From positions 7,130,001 through 7,194,000 of the forward strand of contig OZ024761.1 in assembly GCA_964016885.1 (NCBI GenBank): a stretch of DNA of 64,000 bases. The letters run 5' to 3'. Origin of the DNA: Eledone cirrhosa (Eukaryota). Both the position numbers and the translations under genes were made by a program. This document shows positions 1-12,347 of the stretch, one piece after another. The notes beneath the pieces are model-generated. The model saw nothing but the letters and a program-made list of their open reading frames with translations, searched no databases and was not told the origin of the DNA. Each line of letters opens with the position of its first letter. Position 1 is the first letter of the stretch.

Positions 1-1560
1 GGCATGAGTTGAATGGAAGATGCTGTTTGGAGTCTGTGGGTTTATAGTATATGTCTGTTTCTATTTTGTCGTTGGTTTTCTTGATAAGAATGTCGAGAAA
101 AGGAAGTTGTTCGTGGCTGTATTCCATTGTAAATTGAATGTTTGTGTTGAGTCCATTTAGAAGTGTTTTAAATTCAATAAGTCTTTCTATACTTTCATGC
201 CAGAGGATGAAGCAATCATCCAGATTTCTCTTCCAGTTTTTTTCTATGTGGAGGTAGAAGGGGTTTCCATATTTATCTAGTACTTTTCGGTAGAGGGTGA
301 TTTCCAAGTATCCCATAACCAGGTTGACATTAGAGGGGGGTGTTTTCATGCCCATGTCAGTCCCAGATTTCTGTCTGTAGAATTTGGCATCGAATTCGAA
401 GTAGTTATTCTCCAAGATGAATTTAAACCCTTCTATTACAAATTCTTTTATGATTCAGTGTGGGAGTTCATTTGGGGTAATTTTCTAACTAGAATTGGAT
501 TGCCTCTATTCCTAGGTTGTGTGGGATATTGGAATATAGGTTGGCTACATCGAAAGACACTAGTAGGGTATATTCATTATTAAGTGTTTTGGGGAGGTGG
601 TTGAGCATATCCAGGTCATCCCTTATGTAGCTTTTAATGTGTTTCAGGAATGGTTTTAACAAGATATCTAAGACGTTGCTGAGGTGGTGGGTTTCACAAG
701 CGGGACCTGCTATTATAGGCCTTAATTTGAGGTCGTTGGGTGAGGGGACATTGATGAATATGTCTGTAGCTTCCTTGCATGCCTTACTTATTTTTTTGAT
801 TTTGTGTATCTTAGGGATACCATAGAAAAGCTGGGTTTGCTTTTGAAGTCAGTGATATAGTTGTATTCCTTGTCGGTAAGTCGTTCTCTGTAAAGGGTTG
901 TTAGAGTTTTTAGGTTTCTCATTATGTTCTGTTGGCTGTAGTGTTGAGCCTTTTCGTAGTATGTTTCATCTTCTAAAGATGAGAGTACTAGGGTTGTATA
1001 ATATTCTGTTTCCATAAGGACTACCACACTCCCTTTATCCGCCTCTTTGATTGTTATAGTTTTCTCTCTCTCTCTATTTAAGGCGGGTAAAATTCCCGAG
1101 ATCCATGGACGAGTTCTCTCCAGCGGTCTCTGTCCCTCATTATCGCTGCCATAGTTTTATCATTCTTTAAATTGTTAAACTCATCCCATTCTTTCTCGTT
1201 GGTGTCTGGCTTATATTTATGCCTGTGTAGGTGTTGATATCGGTAATTTGTAATGTTTTCAGAATTGGTCAAAGAATTTGTTCTTACCTTTTGATGGGGT
1301 GTAGTTGCTTCTGTTTCTAGCCAGTGAGTCGTCCTTATTGTACTTGTCGTGTAGTTCCTCGCTAAGTCTTAGTTTTCTACAAAATTCCGTAATGTCCTCC
1401 TTCATTTCGGACTAGTTTGGACGTGGGGGGTGGTGGTGTAAATTTCAGCCCTTTTGGAGAGTATGTTGATTTGGTCTATTGTTAGTTCTTTAGTGGCTAA
1501 ATTTATTACTTTTGGTCTCTCCTGTATGTCTTGTGTCATCTTGTTTCCCTGTGATTAAGG
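1..1560 (-). mobile_element. Degenerate Penelope-like element reverse transcriptase
   Basis: Minus-strand motifs KVINL, EFCRKLRL, ITIKEADKGSVVVL, GIPKIHK, LRPIIAG, SFDVANLYSNIPH, ENNYFEF, NLDDCFI, LPFLDI; contains stops and frameshifts. Confidence 0.85.
1060..1150 (-). mobile_element. Short RTE-type LINE 3' end inserted in the Penelope-like element
   Basis: MRDRDRWRELV motif followed by a (GA)n tail. Confidence 0.55.
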
Positions 1561-1999
1561 TAGTTGTGATGGTTGTTGATGTTAGGTTGTCTCCTGTGGT
1601 TGTATTGTTCCCTGCTGTTGTTATTGAAGGTTTGGGTTCGTGGATGTGGGTTGATTAGGGCGTCCCTATATTTAGTGTGTGGTTGTGTGTCCTTATATAT
1701 CATGTATGGTAGTTGTATTTTAGGGGCCCTTCGTTGCTGAATATATCAAGTGGTTTGGGTTTGTTGTGTGTGGTGGTTGGGGAGGTTGTAAGAGTGGAGG
1801 TTTCCATCGTATCTCCTAATGGGAGAGAGGCTGTATTGTCCATCCTGTAGGTGTTGTTTTCTTATTTCTTTGTGTGTTGCAGGGGTGTCCACGTAGTTGC
1901 TGCATGGTTGGGGTAAGGGTAAGGTGTTCCCTTCTTTTTTAGTAGGAGGGGGGGGTGTGTTTTTTTGTTGGTTGTTGAACAATGTTTGAATGGTGTTTA

Positions 2000-3121
2000 G
2001 GTTTTCTTATCTGGTGGGCTCTTAGAAAACTAGGTGTAGATGAATGGCTTGTGAGAGCTATACAAGCTATGTATAATGAAACAGTCAGTAAGGTTAGAAT
2101 TAACAATGAATATTGTGAAGAATTTAGTGTAAAAGTTGGTGTTCACCAAGGCTCTGTCCTTTATTATTGCCCTTCAGGCTATAATAGAGGTGTTCAAGAC
2201 CAGCTGCCCATGGGAACTCCTATACGCAGATGATCTAACGCTCATAGCTGAATCAATGGCTGAACTAGAAAAGAAATTCCAAACATGGAAGCATGGCCTA
2301 GAATCAAAAGGCCTTAAAGTTAACTTGTCTAAGACTAAAGTCCTAGTTTGTAGAAAGGAAAATAAGGCACAGGTACCCTCAGGGAAATGGCCTTGCTCAG
2401 TGTGTAGGAAAGGAGTAGGCAGAAATTCAATTTTATGTCCCAAATGCAAAGTATGGGTACATAAAAGATGTAGTGGGATCACAGGTAAGCTATCTAAGAA
2501 CGTAGACTTTATATGTGGCTGATGCTCAGGTGCGATAAGTAGCAAGTACCCACAGGATACTAGCTCCTTCTATTGCCCAGATAGTTCTATAGAAATAGTA
2601 GACACTTTGGAGGCACATGGCTTAGTGGTTAGAGCATTGGCCTTGCAATCGAAAGGTTGTGAGTTCAATTCTCAGACCGGGTGATGTGTTGTTTCCTTGA
2701 GCAAGACACTTTATTTCACATTGCTCCAGTTTACTCAGCTGTAGAAATGAGATGATAGGGACTGGGGTCCCTATCCTTCCACTGCAAAGTGGTCGTGGAG
2801 GTGCCACGACAAAAAAAAAAAGCACCCAGCACTCACTGTAAATGAGGTTGGTGTTAGGAAGGGCATCCAGCTGTAGAAATCAAGCCAAAAAATCAGTTCC
2901 CGTCCCACCCTTGCAAGCAGGGAAAAGTGGACGTAAAATGAAATGATGATGATGATGATGATTTCCGTTACCTGGGTGACAAAATCAGCAGTGGTGGAGG
3001 GTGTTCTGAAAGTACAGTAACCAGAGTCAGAACGGGATGGAAAAAGTTCAGAGAGCTTATACCGCTGTTGGCCACAAAAGGTTTCTCTCTAAAAATGAAA
3101 GGCAGATTGTATGATGCTTGT
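2000..3121 (+). mobile_element. RTE-clade LINE RT fragment interrupted by a SINE
   Basis: WWALRKLGVDEW, GVHQGSVL, ELLYADDL, PHD-like CSVC..C..C..WVHKRC, YLGD..GGGCSE motifs. Confidence 0.9.
2609..2962 (+). mobile_element. tRNA-derived SINE with RTE-like (GAT)n tail
   Basis: A box TGGCTTAGTGG, B box GAGTTCAATTC, CCTTGAGCAAGACACTT core; 3' end shared with the RTE at 44545-44603. Further copies at 5650-6080(-), 32445-32786(-), 38389-38736(+), 45222-45548(+). Confidence 0.85.
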
Positions 3122-3990
3122 ATCATCATCATCATCATCACCGTTTTACGTCCGTTCTTCCACGCTAGCATGGGTTAGACGGGTTGTCCTGTTGTGGGCA
3201 GTGTCTGGTCGGCTGACCATGCCTTGCTCATACAGGAACTGATCTGGCTTGATTTCTACAGCTGGATGCCCTTCCTAACACCAACCTCATTTACAGTGAG
3301 TGCTGGGTGCTTTTTCGTGGCGCCTACACGTCCACTTTACAGTGTGGGCTGGGTGCTTTTTTGCCGTGGCACCTCCACGACCACCTTGCGGTGGGGGGGG
3401 GCATATTGCTTATATGCTTCAGCATGTACCCATGGGAGGTCGGGTACCCTGTATTACTGCGTGACGACAGAAGTCACGGTCGTGTGTCATTGACTTTGAG
3501 AGGTGTAGTTGGGTAAGGTCGGCTTTTATCACCTCATCCCAAGTCATCTTGGGTCTCCCCACTCCGCGGTTTCCATCAACTTCTAGTGCTCTGCACCTTT
3601 TTATGCAGCTGTCATCCTTCATACGCATCACATGTCCATACCAGCGTAACCGCCTCTCCTGCACACAGCATTTGATTCCTCTTATGCTCAGTCTCTCTCT
3701 CAATTCCTTTTATGCTTTGTCGTTCACGTATATTACTGTTACACATCTATCGGAGCATGCAGGCTTCGTTTCTCTCTAATCTACGTAAGTCTTCCACCTT
3801 CAGCGCCCAGGTCTCACTACCATGCAACATCGCTGTTCGGATACACGCATCATACAGTCTGCCTTTCATTCTGAGGGAGAAGCCTTTTGCAGCTAGCAGT
3901 GGTAGTAGTTCCCTAAACTTCTTCCATCCCATTCTTACCCTAGTTATTGTACTTTCTGAGCACCCACCTCCGTTGCTAATTCGGTCACCT
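3122..3990 (-). mobile_element. RTE LINE 3' end with 3' UTR and (GAT)n tail
   Basis: ORFs 3747-4082 and 3419-3703: GWKKFRELLPLL, MLHGSETW, RLRWYGHVMRM, GRPKMTW. Confidence 0.9.
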
Positions 3991-3999
3991 AGGTAGCAG

Positions 4000-4800
4000 T
4001 ATACGAACAGCAATGCTACATGGCAGTGAGACATGGGCATTACGTGCAGAGGACCTGCGCAGACTGGAAAGGAACGAAGCATGCATATATAATAGTAACA
4101 TACGTGAACGGCAAAGCGTAAATGAACTAAGTGAGAAATTAGGAATAAGAGGGATCAGATGTTGTTTTATGGCCACGTGATGCGCATGAAAGACGACAGC
4201 TGTATAAAAAAGTGCAGGGCGATCAAAATTGATGGTAGTTACGGAGTAGGCAGACCCAGAAAAACCTGGGACGATCTGATAAATTCCGACCTTACACACT
4301 TGCACCTCTCTAATACAATGTCACTGGACCGAGATCTTTGGCACTACGCAGTAATACAGAAGACCCGCCTTGCCTATGTACAAAGCGAAACCTACAGCCA
4401 GTAGGCACCTCTTAACCAAATATACACCCCAATCCACTACCCCTACCCTATCCTCCCACTCCCACCAACACCACCCCCTCTCTATAAAGTTGGTACCACA
4501 ACATCCAGTCCAAATAAATGAGATAAATGAGATCGAGATCGTGTAGGTGTCACGAGAAAAAAACACACAGTCCACGCTGTAATGTGGCCGTGTAGGTAGC
4601 ACGGTAAAAAGTTCCCTGTTTCACACTGTAAATGTGGTTGGTGTTAGGAAGGGCATCCAGCCGTAGAAAACCTGCCAGACAGTCCTATATAAGCGAGACA
4701 CGGTCACCCGACCAACCTTGCCCCAAGTGGGACAACTCCCGCGTCTAACCCATGCTAGCGTGTAAAGTGGACGTTAAACGAGGATGATGATGATGATGAT
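4000..4800 (+). mobile_element. RTE LINE 3' end with ~400 bp 3' UTR
   Basis: YGHVMRMKDDS..GRPRKTW then a UTR ending in (GAT)n; solo copies of this UTR at 31508-31675(-), 32834-33000, 34650-34820(-), 36376-36578(-), 37675-37960, 47255-47653. Confidence 0.85.
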
Positions 4801-4924
4801 ATATGTTTGTGTGTATGTTTATATATGCACACATATATATATATATGTATACATATATATAAACACACGTATCTATATATACATACTTATCCATAAATAT
4901 AAACCTATATAAATGTTTACATAA

Positions 4925-5628
4925 GCATATATATATAAAACTGAGGATGTCTGTGTGTGTGTGTGAGTTTGAATCCCTAAAACTAGAGAACCACCCAACC
5001 GACTGTTTTCAAACTTTACACATGTAATACTTATGTTTCAGGGAGTGTTCTGAGCAAAAAGAATTTCAAATTTTCAATGCCTTAGGGACCTGCATTAGGC
5101 GATTTAGCGATCTCTCTCTATAAATCTTAGTCTTTCTCTTTTTAGATAGATACATATATATAACGTCGCGCCCATATAATTGTTTCTACTTTAGGCACAA
5201 GGCCAGCAAATTACCCAGTGCATTACTGGTACTTTATTTTATCGACCCCGTAAGGATGAAAGGTAAAGTCAACCTCGGTGGGATTTGAACTCATATAATA
5301 TCTGTCTGTATGCCTGGCTGTCTGCATTACGTCATTTCCTACAATTCGCGTCCAGAACGCGCCTTTATAATATGTCTGTATGTCTGGCTGTCTGCTGCCT
5401 CCGGTTATTCTGCCACCCTTGCTCAAGACAAATCTCACACTCATTCCCCAAACAGTTGGTAAGTGCACACAACTTCTTCCTCACGTTTTAAGCCATAGTG
5501 TTGCTTACTTACGTACCACCAGACCCTTACTTCTTTGCCAGCCGTGGTTGTGGCAATACTAAGCTTAGCTAAGGCGGTTATATATTTCACAATACTTTAT
5601 CCCGTGCAACGCCGGGTACCACTGCTAG
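4925..5628 (+). mobile_element. Non-autonomous Helitron-like element
   Basis: 5' TATATATAAAA..TGTCTGTGTG; 3' GC hairpin CCCGTGCAACGCCGGG followed by CTAG|T. Related 5' ends on minus near 60130-60222 and 61860-61990. Confidence 0.6.
5178..5293 (-). mobile_element. Nin-domain-like SINE fragment
   Basis: Minus strand CCTTTCATCCTTACGGGGTCGATAAAATAAAGTACCAG; other copies near 11593, 18468, 25333, 43320, 46940(+), 54247, 54399(+), 57578-57770. Confidence 0.7.
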
Positions 5629-6164
5629 TAATATATATATATATATATATATCATCATCATTTTACGTCCGCTTTTCCCTGCTTGCAAGGGTGGGAGGGG
5701 AGCTGATTCTGTCTTGATTCCTACAGCTGGATGCCCTTCCTAACACCAACCTCATTTACAGTGAGTGCTGGGTGCTTTTTTCCGTGGCGCCTACACGACC
5801 ACTTTACAGTGTGGGCTGGGTGCTTTTTTGCCGTGGCACCTCCACGACCACTTTGCAGTGGAATGATAGGGACCCCAGTCCCTATCATCTCATTTCTACA
5901 GCTGGATGCCCTTCCTAACACCAACCTCATTTTCAGTGAGTGCTGGGTGCTTTTTTGCCGTGGCACCTCCACGACCACTTTGCAGTGGAATGATAGGGAC
6001 TCCAGTCCTATCATCGCATTTCTACAGCTGAGTAAACTGGAGCAATGTGAAATAAAGTGTCTTGCTCAAGGAAACAACATACATATATATATAGTAATAA
6101 TAAATGTGAAAACTAAAATCCTAAGAGAGCTCGATAAGGATTTTATGTATATTAAAGTTTATAC

Positions 6165-6690
6165 ATCATCATTATCAGGTCGAGCTTGCTCGGCTTTCTA
6201 CGACACGTTTCCTCCATCCATCTCTGTCTCTCATAGCGTTTGCCAGTTCTTCCGCAGTATATCCAATATGGTCCTCAAGTGTTTCTTGCTCCATGACATG
6301 GACTCCATAACAACACACCAGCTGCTATTTCTTCCTTGCTGCGCCAACAGTCGACAGCAAAGGTAAGTCTCTTTCCACGTATTGACCTGCTGATAGGTGG
6401 TATATTGCCATAGAGATCCTTATTTGTTGGGTGTTCCCTCCAAGACACGTTTAAAGCTATATCGCCTCAACAGAACATGATGTTAACATCAGACTGGGAA
6501 AAGACAGGGGAGCATTGAATGCAATGGAAAAGATATGGAAATCAAACCTGCCGGCCAAACTGAAAAGGAATTTCTTCAGAACTGCTGTGGAATCTGTGCT
6601 TGTTTATGGCTCTATCACTTGGACGCTAACGTCAAAACTGGAGAAAAGGCTAGACGGGGCATACACACGTATGTTCCGCGCTGCTTTAAA
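6165..6690. mobile_element. RTE-related LINE 3' fragment with internal inversion
   Basis: + strand KIWKS..VESVLVYGSITWTL..RLDGAYTRM (6490-6690); its continuation LNVSWREHPTNKDLYG.. lies on the minus strand (6180-6460). Confidence 0.7.
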
Positions 6691-7531
6691 GTTTATACAT
6701 ATATACATACATATAATATATATTTATTCATACATGTGTAGAGAGCAGCAGGAAAAGGTCGGACAGGCTAGAAATAGGCGTGAAAGACCCCAAAACAAAA
6801 CAAAATAAGAAGGATTAGCTAGTAATAACAAGTGTGTACATGAAAACTGCACAGAAGCATTGTTTTTTTTAATCCAAAATTTGGATTTAAGTCAGAGACG
6901 AGTTATCGTTCGTGGCAAAAATTTCGTTTTTGTTTACATAAAATTTTCTTTTGTTTTGAAAAGTTAGAGGAGGAAAAAAGAAGTTTTTCAATTTTCTCCA
7001 CTTCCGATTATTTTCTACTGTATGCTAGAAAGAGCAGTGAAAGCAATATATATATTTCATGACAATATATATTGTTTTAAAGCTAAATTATTAACAACAA
7101 TACATCGTATTTGCCGGTCTATTGGACACCCCTTCTCATAAGGCGCTCCTCTATTTCTATTATATTTTACGTTACATTTTGTGGTTTATAGGCATTTCTA
7201 TGGACCACTTCCAATGTTCGCGCTTTTTCAATATACTCGGGTCCTCTAGGACCGTATCACGCGCAAATACCGGGGAATAACTGTATATGAATATATGGAC
7301 TAATATACATTTAATTACACGCAAATTTATATAAATACCAATATATATACACTAATATATACCAACACATCTGTCTCTCTATGTATATATGAGTAACCGT
7401 TTACTACTCATTGGAGACAGAGTGAGAGATTTGGCTGCTACTTTTAGTAGATTTAGATACTTCGGCAAATGGTTTATTTTTTTTTTTATTCTCGGTACTC
7501 TGAACACGATTTGAAATGACTGGAGTGTGTC

Positions 7532-7956
7532 TATAAAAGGGTAAACTGAAACTGTTGCACCGGTAACATTTTTAGTTTTACACCGGTATATCCGAGACAT
7601 AATCTGTCTCGCATTCGTTCGTTAGAGGTAATGTTTCTTATGTCGTCTGAGTTAGTGTATAACTGTAGCTTATTACCATACTTTCACACACATTATATCT
7701 ATACACATATAGGATTTTATTATTAACTTTGTATTCTATCTAATGAGAAGAGTTAGAAATAATAAGTGAAGTTAAAACTAACGTATAATTATATAACAAT
7801 AGTATATAATAGTTTTCTCCACGTTATTGAGATTCCAAAGTTTTAAAGAAAAAATCATGATAGCAGAAGAAATATATTTAATATCGTAACAGATAATATT
7901 TCAGGCAGGATGGTCGTTTCTCTTGTCTTCTATCTGTAGTAGATTCGTCATGTTCC
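7532..7956 (+). promoter_or_regulatory. TATA box + short exon + intron + 52-nt exon module, copy A (present in each unit)
   Basis: TATAAAAG 7532; AG|GTAATG donor 7628; TTTCAG acceptor 7904; exon 7905-7956 ends ATGTTCC|gtgaat. Confidence 0.5.
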
Positions 7957-8098
7957 GTGAATGTCACAGTTTATTATACATTGGAGACAGTGAGAGATTT
8001 GGCTACTATTTTTAGAAGATTTAGAAACTTCGGAAAACGGTTTACTTTTTTTCTTATTCCCGGCAGTCTGACCAGGATTTGAAATGACTGGAGTGATT

Positions 8099-8574
8099 TA
8101 TAAAAGGGTAAACTGAATTAGTTGCCCCGGTAATATATTTAGTGTTACACCGGTATTTCGGAAACATATTCAATTTGGTATTCGTTTGTAAGAGGTAATG
8201 GTTATTTTTTTCTTTTGCCGTCTGTGTTAGTGTAGAACTGTTCTAGATTGACGAGCTTGCTTTTTACAACTCGTTGTCAAAATACATATTATTTACTTTC
8301 ACACAGACAATTATATTTATACAGATATAGGATTTTATTAAGTTTGTATTCCTTATAATAAAAGTTAGAAATAATAAGTCAAGTTAAAGAATTAAGTATA
8401 ATCATATAACAAAAGTATATAATAGTTTCCTAGACTTTATTCAGATTCAAGCGTTTTAAAGGAAAAACATGACAGTACAAGAAATATATTTAATATCATA
8501 ACATATAATATTTCAGGTAGGCAGGTTGTTTCTGTTGTCTTCTATCTCCAGTAGATTCGTCATGTTCAGTGAGT
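8099..8574 (+). promoter_or_regulatory. TATA box + short exon + intron + 52-nt exon module, copy B (present in each unit)
   Basis: TATAAAAG 8099; AG|GTAATG donor 8195; TTTCAG acceptor 8516; exon 8517-8568 ends ATGTTCA|GTGAGT. Confidence 0.55.
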
Positions 8575-11500
8575 GTCCTCTCCAGCCATAATTATGTCGT
8601 AGACGTAAGCATAAGTTCGATTTCTTCTGAGAGCAAGAGCAAATCTTGAGGCAGCCTTTTTGCTGGTACATTTATTAGCATGAATTCATGTTTACCCTCC
8701 TCGTAATAATTTGTACGTTTTTTTTAAATTTAGGTAAGACCTATATAAATATAAACGTTTGTGGGTTTAGTATACCTTTAAGTTTAATTTCATTTAAAAA
8801 ATACTTCTAACACAATTAGAACTGGAGCTACTAAGTTCTTGGCCACTAGAACATCTATTTGATAGAAGTTATTTCCTACTTCTATGCACTGTGAATATCC
8901 CTTCTACTTGTGTTTGTTAAAGAAACATTCTCTCATTTAGAAACCATGACTTCTTGTTAAATGAATGTTTTGTCTGGTCCAGTGTCAATAAGTGGCCTTG
9001 ATTTTTGATTATTAATAAAGTTGAGGGGGGTCTACTGAATTGACAAAAGCTAATATGGAAGTAAGATTTATCTAATGTTGCTCAGAATTTTCTTCATTAT
9101 TGCTTATTTTAAAGTCTTGTTTAGCTGCCGATAAATTTGAAATCTATATGTTAGGTTGCTTATACCTACAAACCTTTCTTATGAGACTTACTACGGAATA
9201 AATTCTTAGCTGGAGATTTTACTTTGGGATAACGATCCTCCCAAATCCATAACAGCTTGAATCAGATGTAGCAAAAACTTGACTGTGAATATAATTGTAG
9301 ACGGAAAATGTGTTTGTTTATTCAATCTAAAGAGAAGGAAAAGGAATTATAAGTCATGTGCAAAATTAACGTTTAAAGACATAATAAATGTATCTCTCTT
9401 TCGCTCTGGAAAAATAAATTGGCTGTTTTAGGATTAGGAGGAGGGGAGAATTAACTCAGAAGGTTTAAAGGCACACATAGTGGAAAACAACATTTTAAAA
9501 ATAATTATATCGTTTTCAAATTCACGTAAGTTAAATAAAATATATTTAAATGAATCTATAGATGGGATGTTGATATCTGCCAGGACTAAAACACATTTTC
9601 AAAGGAATAATAAAGAGAAATACCCACATCTCTAGTGGAAATATTTCTGAGATTCGAAACCCTATCGATGTATGTATTTTGTAACTGAAAAATTATCAAA
9701 AAATAATGTACGTTTTTCACGCAAGTGAAATTAAAATGAATCTATATATAGGGTTTTTGATACCTGCCAGAGCTAATGAAATAGTAAAATTTTTTGTTTT
9801 CAATTATGTCAAGCATCGTATGTTCTTGTTTATTAAAGAACTGCTAAAATAGATTTAGTAAGTATTATGCCAAAATTTGTTTCTTAAGCGGTAATGATAG
9901 ACTCCGTCTGTGCTAGAGTATGTTTACACGCACTACATACATGCATATACATGAATTAATGGTTCATTAGCTTTATTTATCTATTTACACTTCTCGTAAT
10001 AATTCGAGCGTTATTTTCTTCAGGAGAGACGTAGATAGAAAACGTTTGTGGCTTTAGTATTGCTTATTTTTATGTTTTGTTTAATTGCCAATAAATGTGA
10101 AATCTATTTGTTAGGTTACTTAGATCTACAAACCTTTCTTATGACACTTACTAATAATTCGAGCATGTCTTTCTTCGGGTGACAGGTAGATAGAAAAACG
10201 TTTGTTCAAAATTAACGTTTATAGACAAGAAAAGTATCTTTCTTTCTCTCTGGAAAAATAAATCGGCTGTTTTTAGACCAGGAGGAGACGAGGATTGACT
10301 CAGTCAGGTTTAAATGCATGCCCACATGGCGGTAATTATGGCAGCCCTACAACAATAGTTAAGTGTCTATAACAACCACGAATTCATGAGACTGAAATCC
10401 TTACTAATGTATTTTTATTTTGGTACTTGAAAAGAAAATTTTAAAAATAATTACATCCTTTTCACCTAAGTCAAATACTATGTACTTAAATGAATCTACA
10501 GATGAAGATGCAATATCTACTAGGACCTTGGAAATAGTGAAATATATATTTTAAAAAATTAAAACTACTTTTCAAATAAATAATAAAGATACACAAACAC
10601 ATCTCTCGTGGTGATATTTCTGAGATTGGAAACCTTATCAATGTATGTATTTTGTCACTGAAAAGTTATAAAGAAAATAATTAATATTATATATGTGTTT
10701 TTAGCATAAGTGAAATTAAAATGAGGTTTTCGATACCTGCCAGAGCTTAGGAAATAATAAAGTAATTTTTTTTTTTCAATTATGTCAAACATCGTAGGTG
10801 GTTCTTTATTAAAGAAATGCTAAAATAGATTTAAATATATCAAATTTGCACAGTAGAATTACGGCCGCTTGGTGGGCGTGTGGTAAAGTGGTGGTATCGT
10901 AGGTAGTGTAGTTAGGTAGTGAAGGTTCGAGCGTAGGGGGGAACTAAAAAGGTGGCTTCGAGATGAAGGTGGCCCCGGTAGCCCAGAAGGTAGAGACCGT
11001 TCTTTTAATTAAAAAAATAAAAATACTTTAAATTTTAGATAAAGAAGATTGAAAGCCTACCTCCAATCTATACATATATAAAGCATGCATAGATACAGCA
11101 CTATAACCCACACGGCCACCTACAGACCAACAAATAAGTAGTGAAAATTAACACATTTAAAGTTATTTTATTGTTAGACTGAAAATAAGTTTATATAGAT
11201 ATATATTTAACAAAAAGTAATCGAAGGCTTTATAGTCTAGTGGTAAGACATAGAACTAGGGAATGCAGTGGTTGGCTTTCGAATCAGATTATAATAACAA
11301 TAATTTTTTTTTTTTTTATCCTCATACTATAAGGAACTTACCTGATTTGAACACGTAGTCATACCATTTAAAGCTTTATTTGTCTCTCCCTCATGGTAAG
11401 ACAATCAGCATATAAATAAACATGCTTCAATTCAACACGTTTTCATACCATTTAAAACTTTCTTTAGAGATAAGGCAGACACACACAAATGAACTAGGTA

Positions 11501-11829
11501 GTAAACTATGAAGACTAAGTATGTCTATTAATATCAACGCGTCGTTAAATGTAGTGGTCATTTTATTGTTTAATGTACATAAACCCCTTAATATAATTGT
11601 TTCTACTTTTGACATAAGACCAGCAATTGTCCCAGTGCATTACTGATACTTCATTTTATCCATCCTGCAAGGTTGAACATATAATACCATGTAAAAGATT
11701 TAAATGTCAGAAGGAATCATTTTTATTTTCTTGTTCCGTCAAACCTTGCGTTTATTCTGCACACACACTTGTGGTCGAAACACTTGCTTGAGGTGGGTTT
11801 TTTTTATTATAGAAAAACGTAAACTAAGT

Positions 11830-12050
11830 TCAATGTACTTAAACTATTGCAAACATTGTTTTTTACAGAAAGAAGTAAACAGGGAGTTCCATGGAGCCGA
11901 CATTCTCGACAAGAAGGGTTAGACATGAGAAACTTTCGCTTTGTGGAGATTGACACAACATTGGGTGATGATACGAGGAGAGGAAAGGTTGTGGAGAGTG
12001 TCTTAGTGGAAGAGATGAAATGTGAGCAGTAACCTCCGAAGAGTTGAAAT
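11830..12050 (-). mobile_element. Degenerate CR1/L2/Jockey-type LINE C-terminal fragment (present in each unit)
   Basis: Minus strand FGGYCS... and FLSRMSAPWNSL resemble the YCS..SFF.RT..LWNSLP tail of such RTs. Confidence 0.4.
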
Positions 12051-12279
12051 TACTAATCGAGATGAAATCATAGCTATGTTGACAATATATATTACAAACA
12101 TGTAGTATAAATTAAACTAGTGTTATCCTGTAACACAGAAGACAAATAAAACATTACCTCTTGCATGCACCTCGTACCGGTGTAGCGTTTTTATAGTCTC
12201 TCCGCTTCATTATATCATCGAGTAACTTGAAACTGAGTTCAAATCACCGGGAGGTAGAAATGTCACTTTAAAATGAAGA

Positions 12280-12347
12280 CACAGCTTGCATATTGATTTG
12301 ACACAGCTTGCATATTGATTTCACACAGCTTGTATATTGATTTCACG
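12280..12347. repeat. Three ~21-bp direct repeats (ACACAGCTTGCATATTGATTT)
   Basis: Seen directly; recurs in units 2 and 3. Confidence 0.85.

Noticed and set aside
2609-2680. tRNA gene
   Set aside because: tRNA-like head runs straight into a SINE body, has no proper cloverleaf and is multicopy.
7540-7585. Pre-miRNA candidate hairpin
   Set aside because: Stem only ~16-18 bp with a 4-nt loop, and pairing is poorly kept in the paralogous copies.
11341-11615. Minus-strand exon-like segment with repeated FKWY(E/D) peptide and a GTAAGT donor
   Set aside because: In-frame stops and no recognisable family; at most a pseudo-exon.
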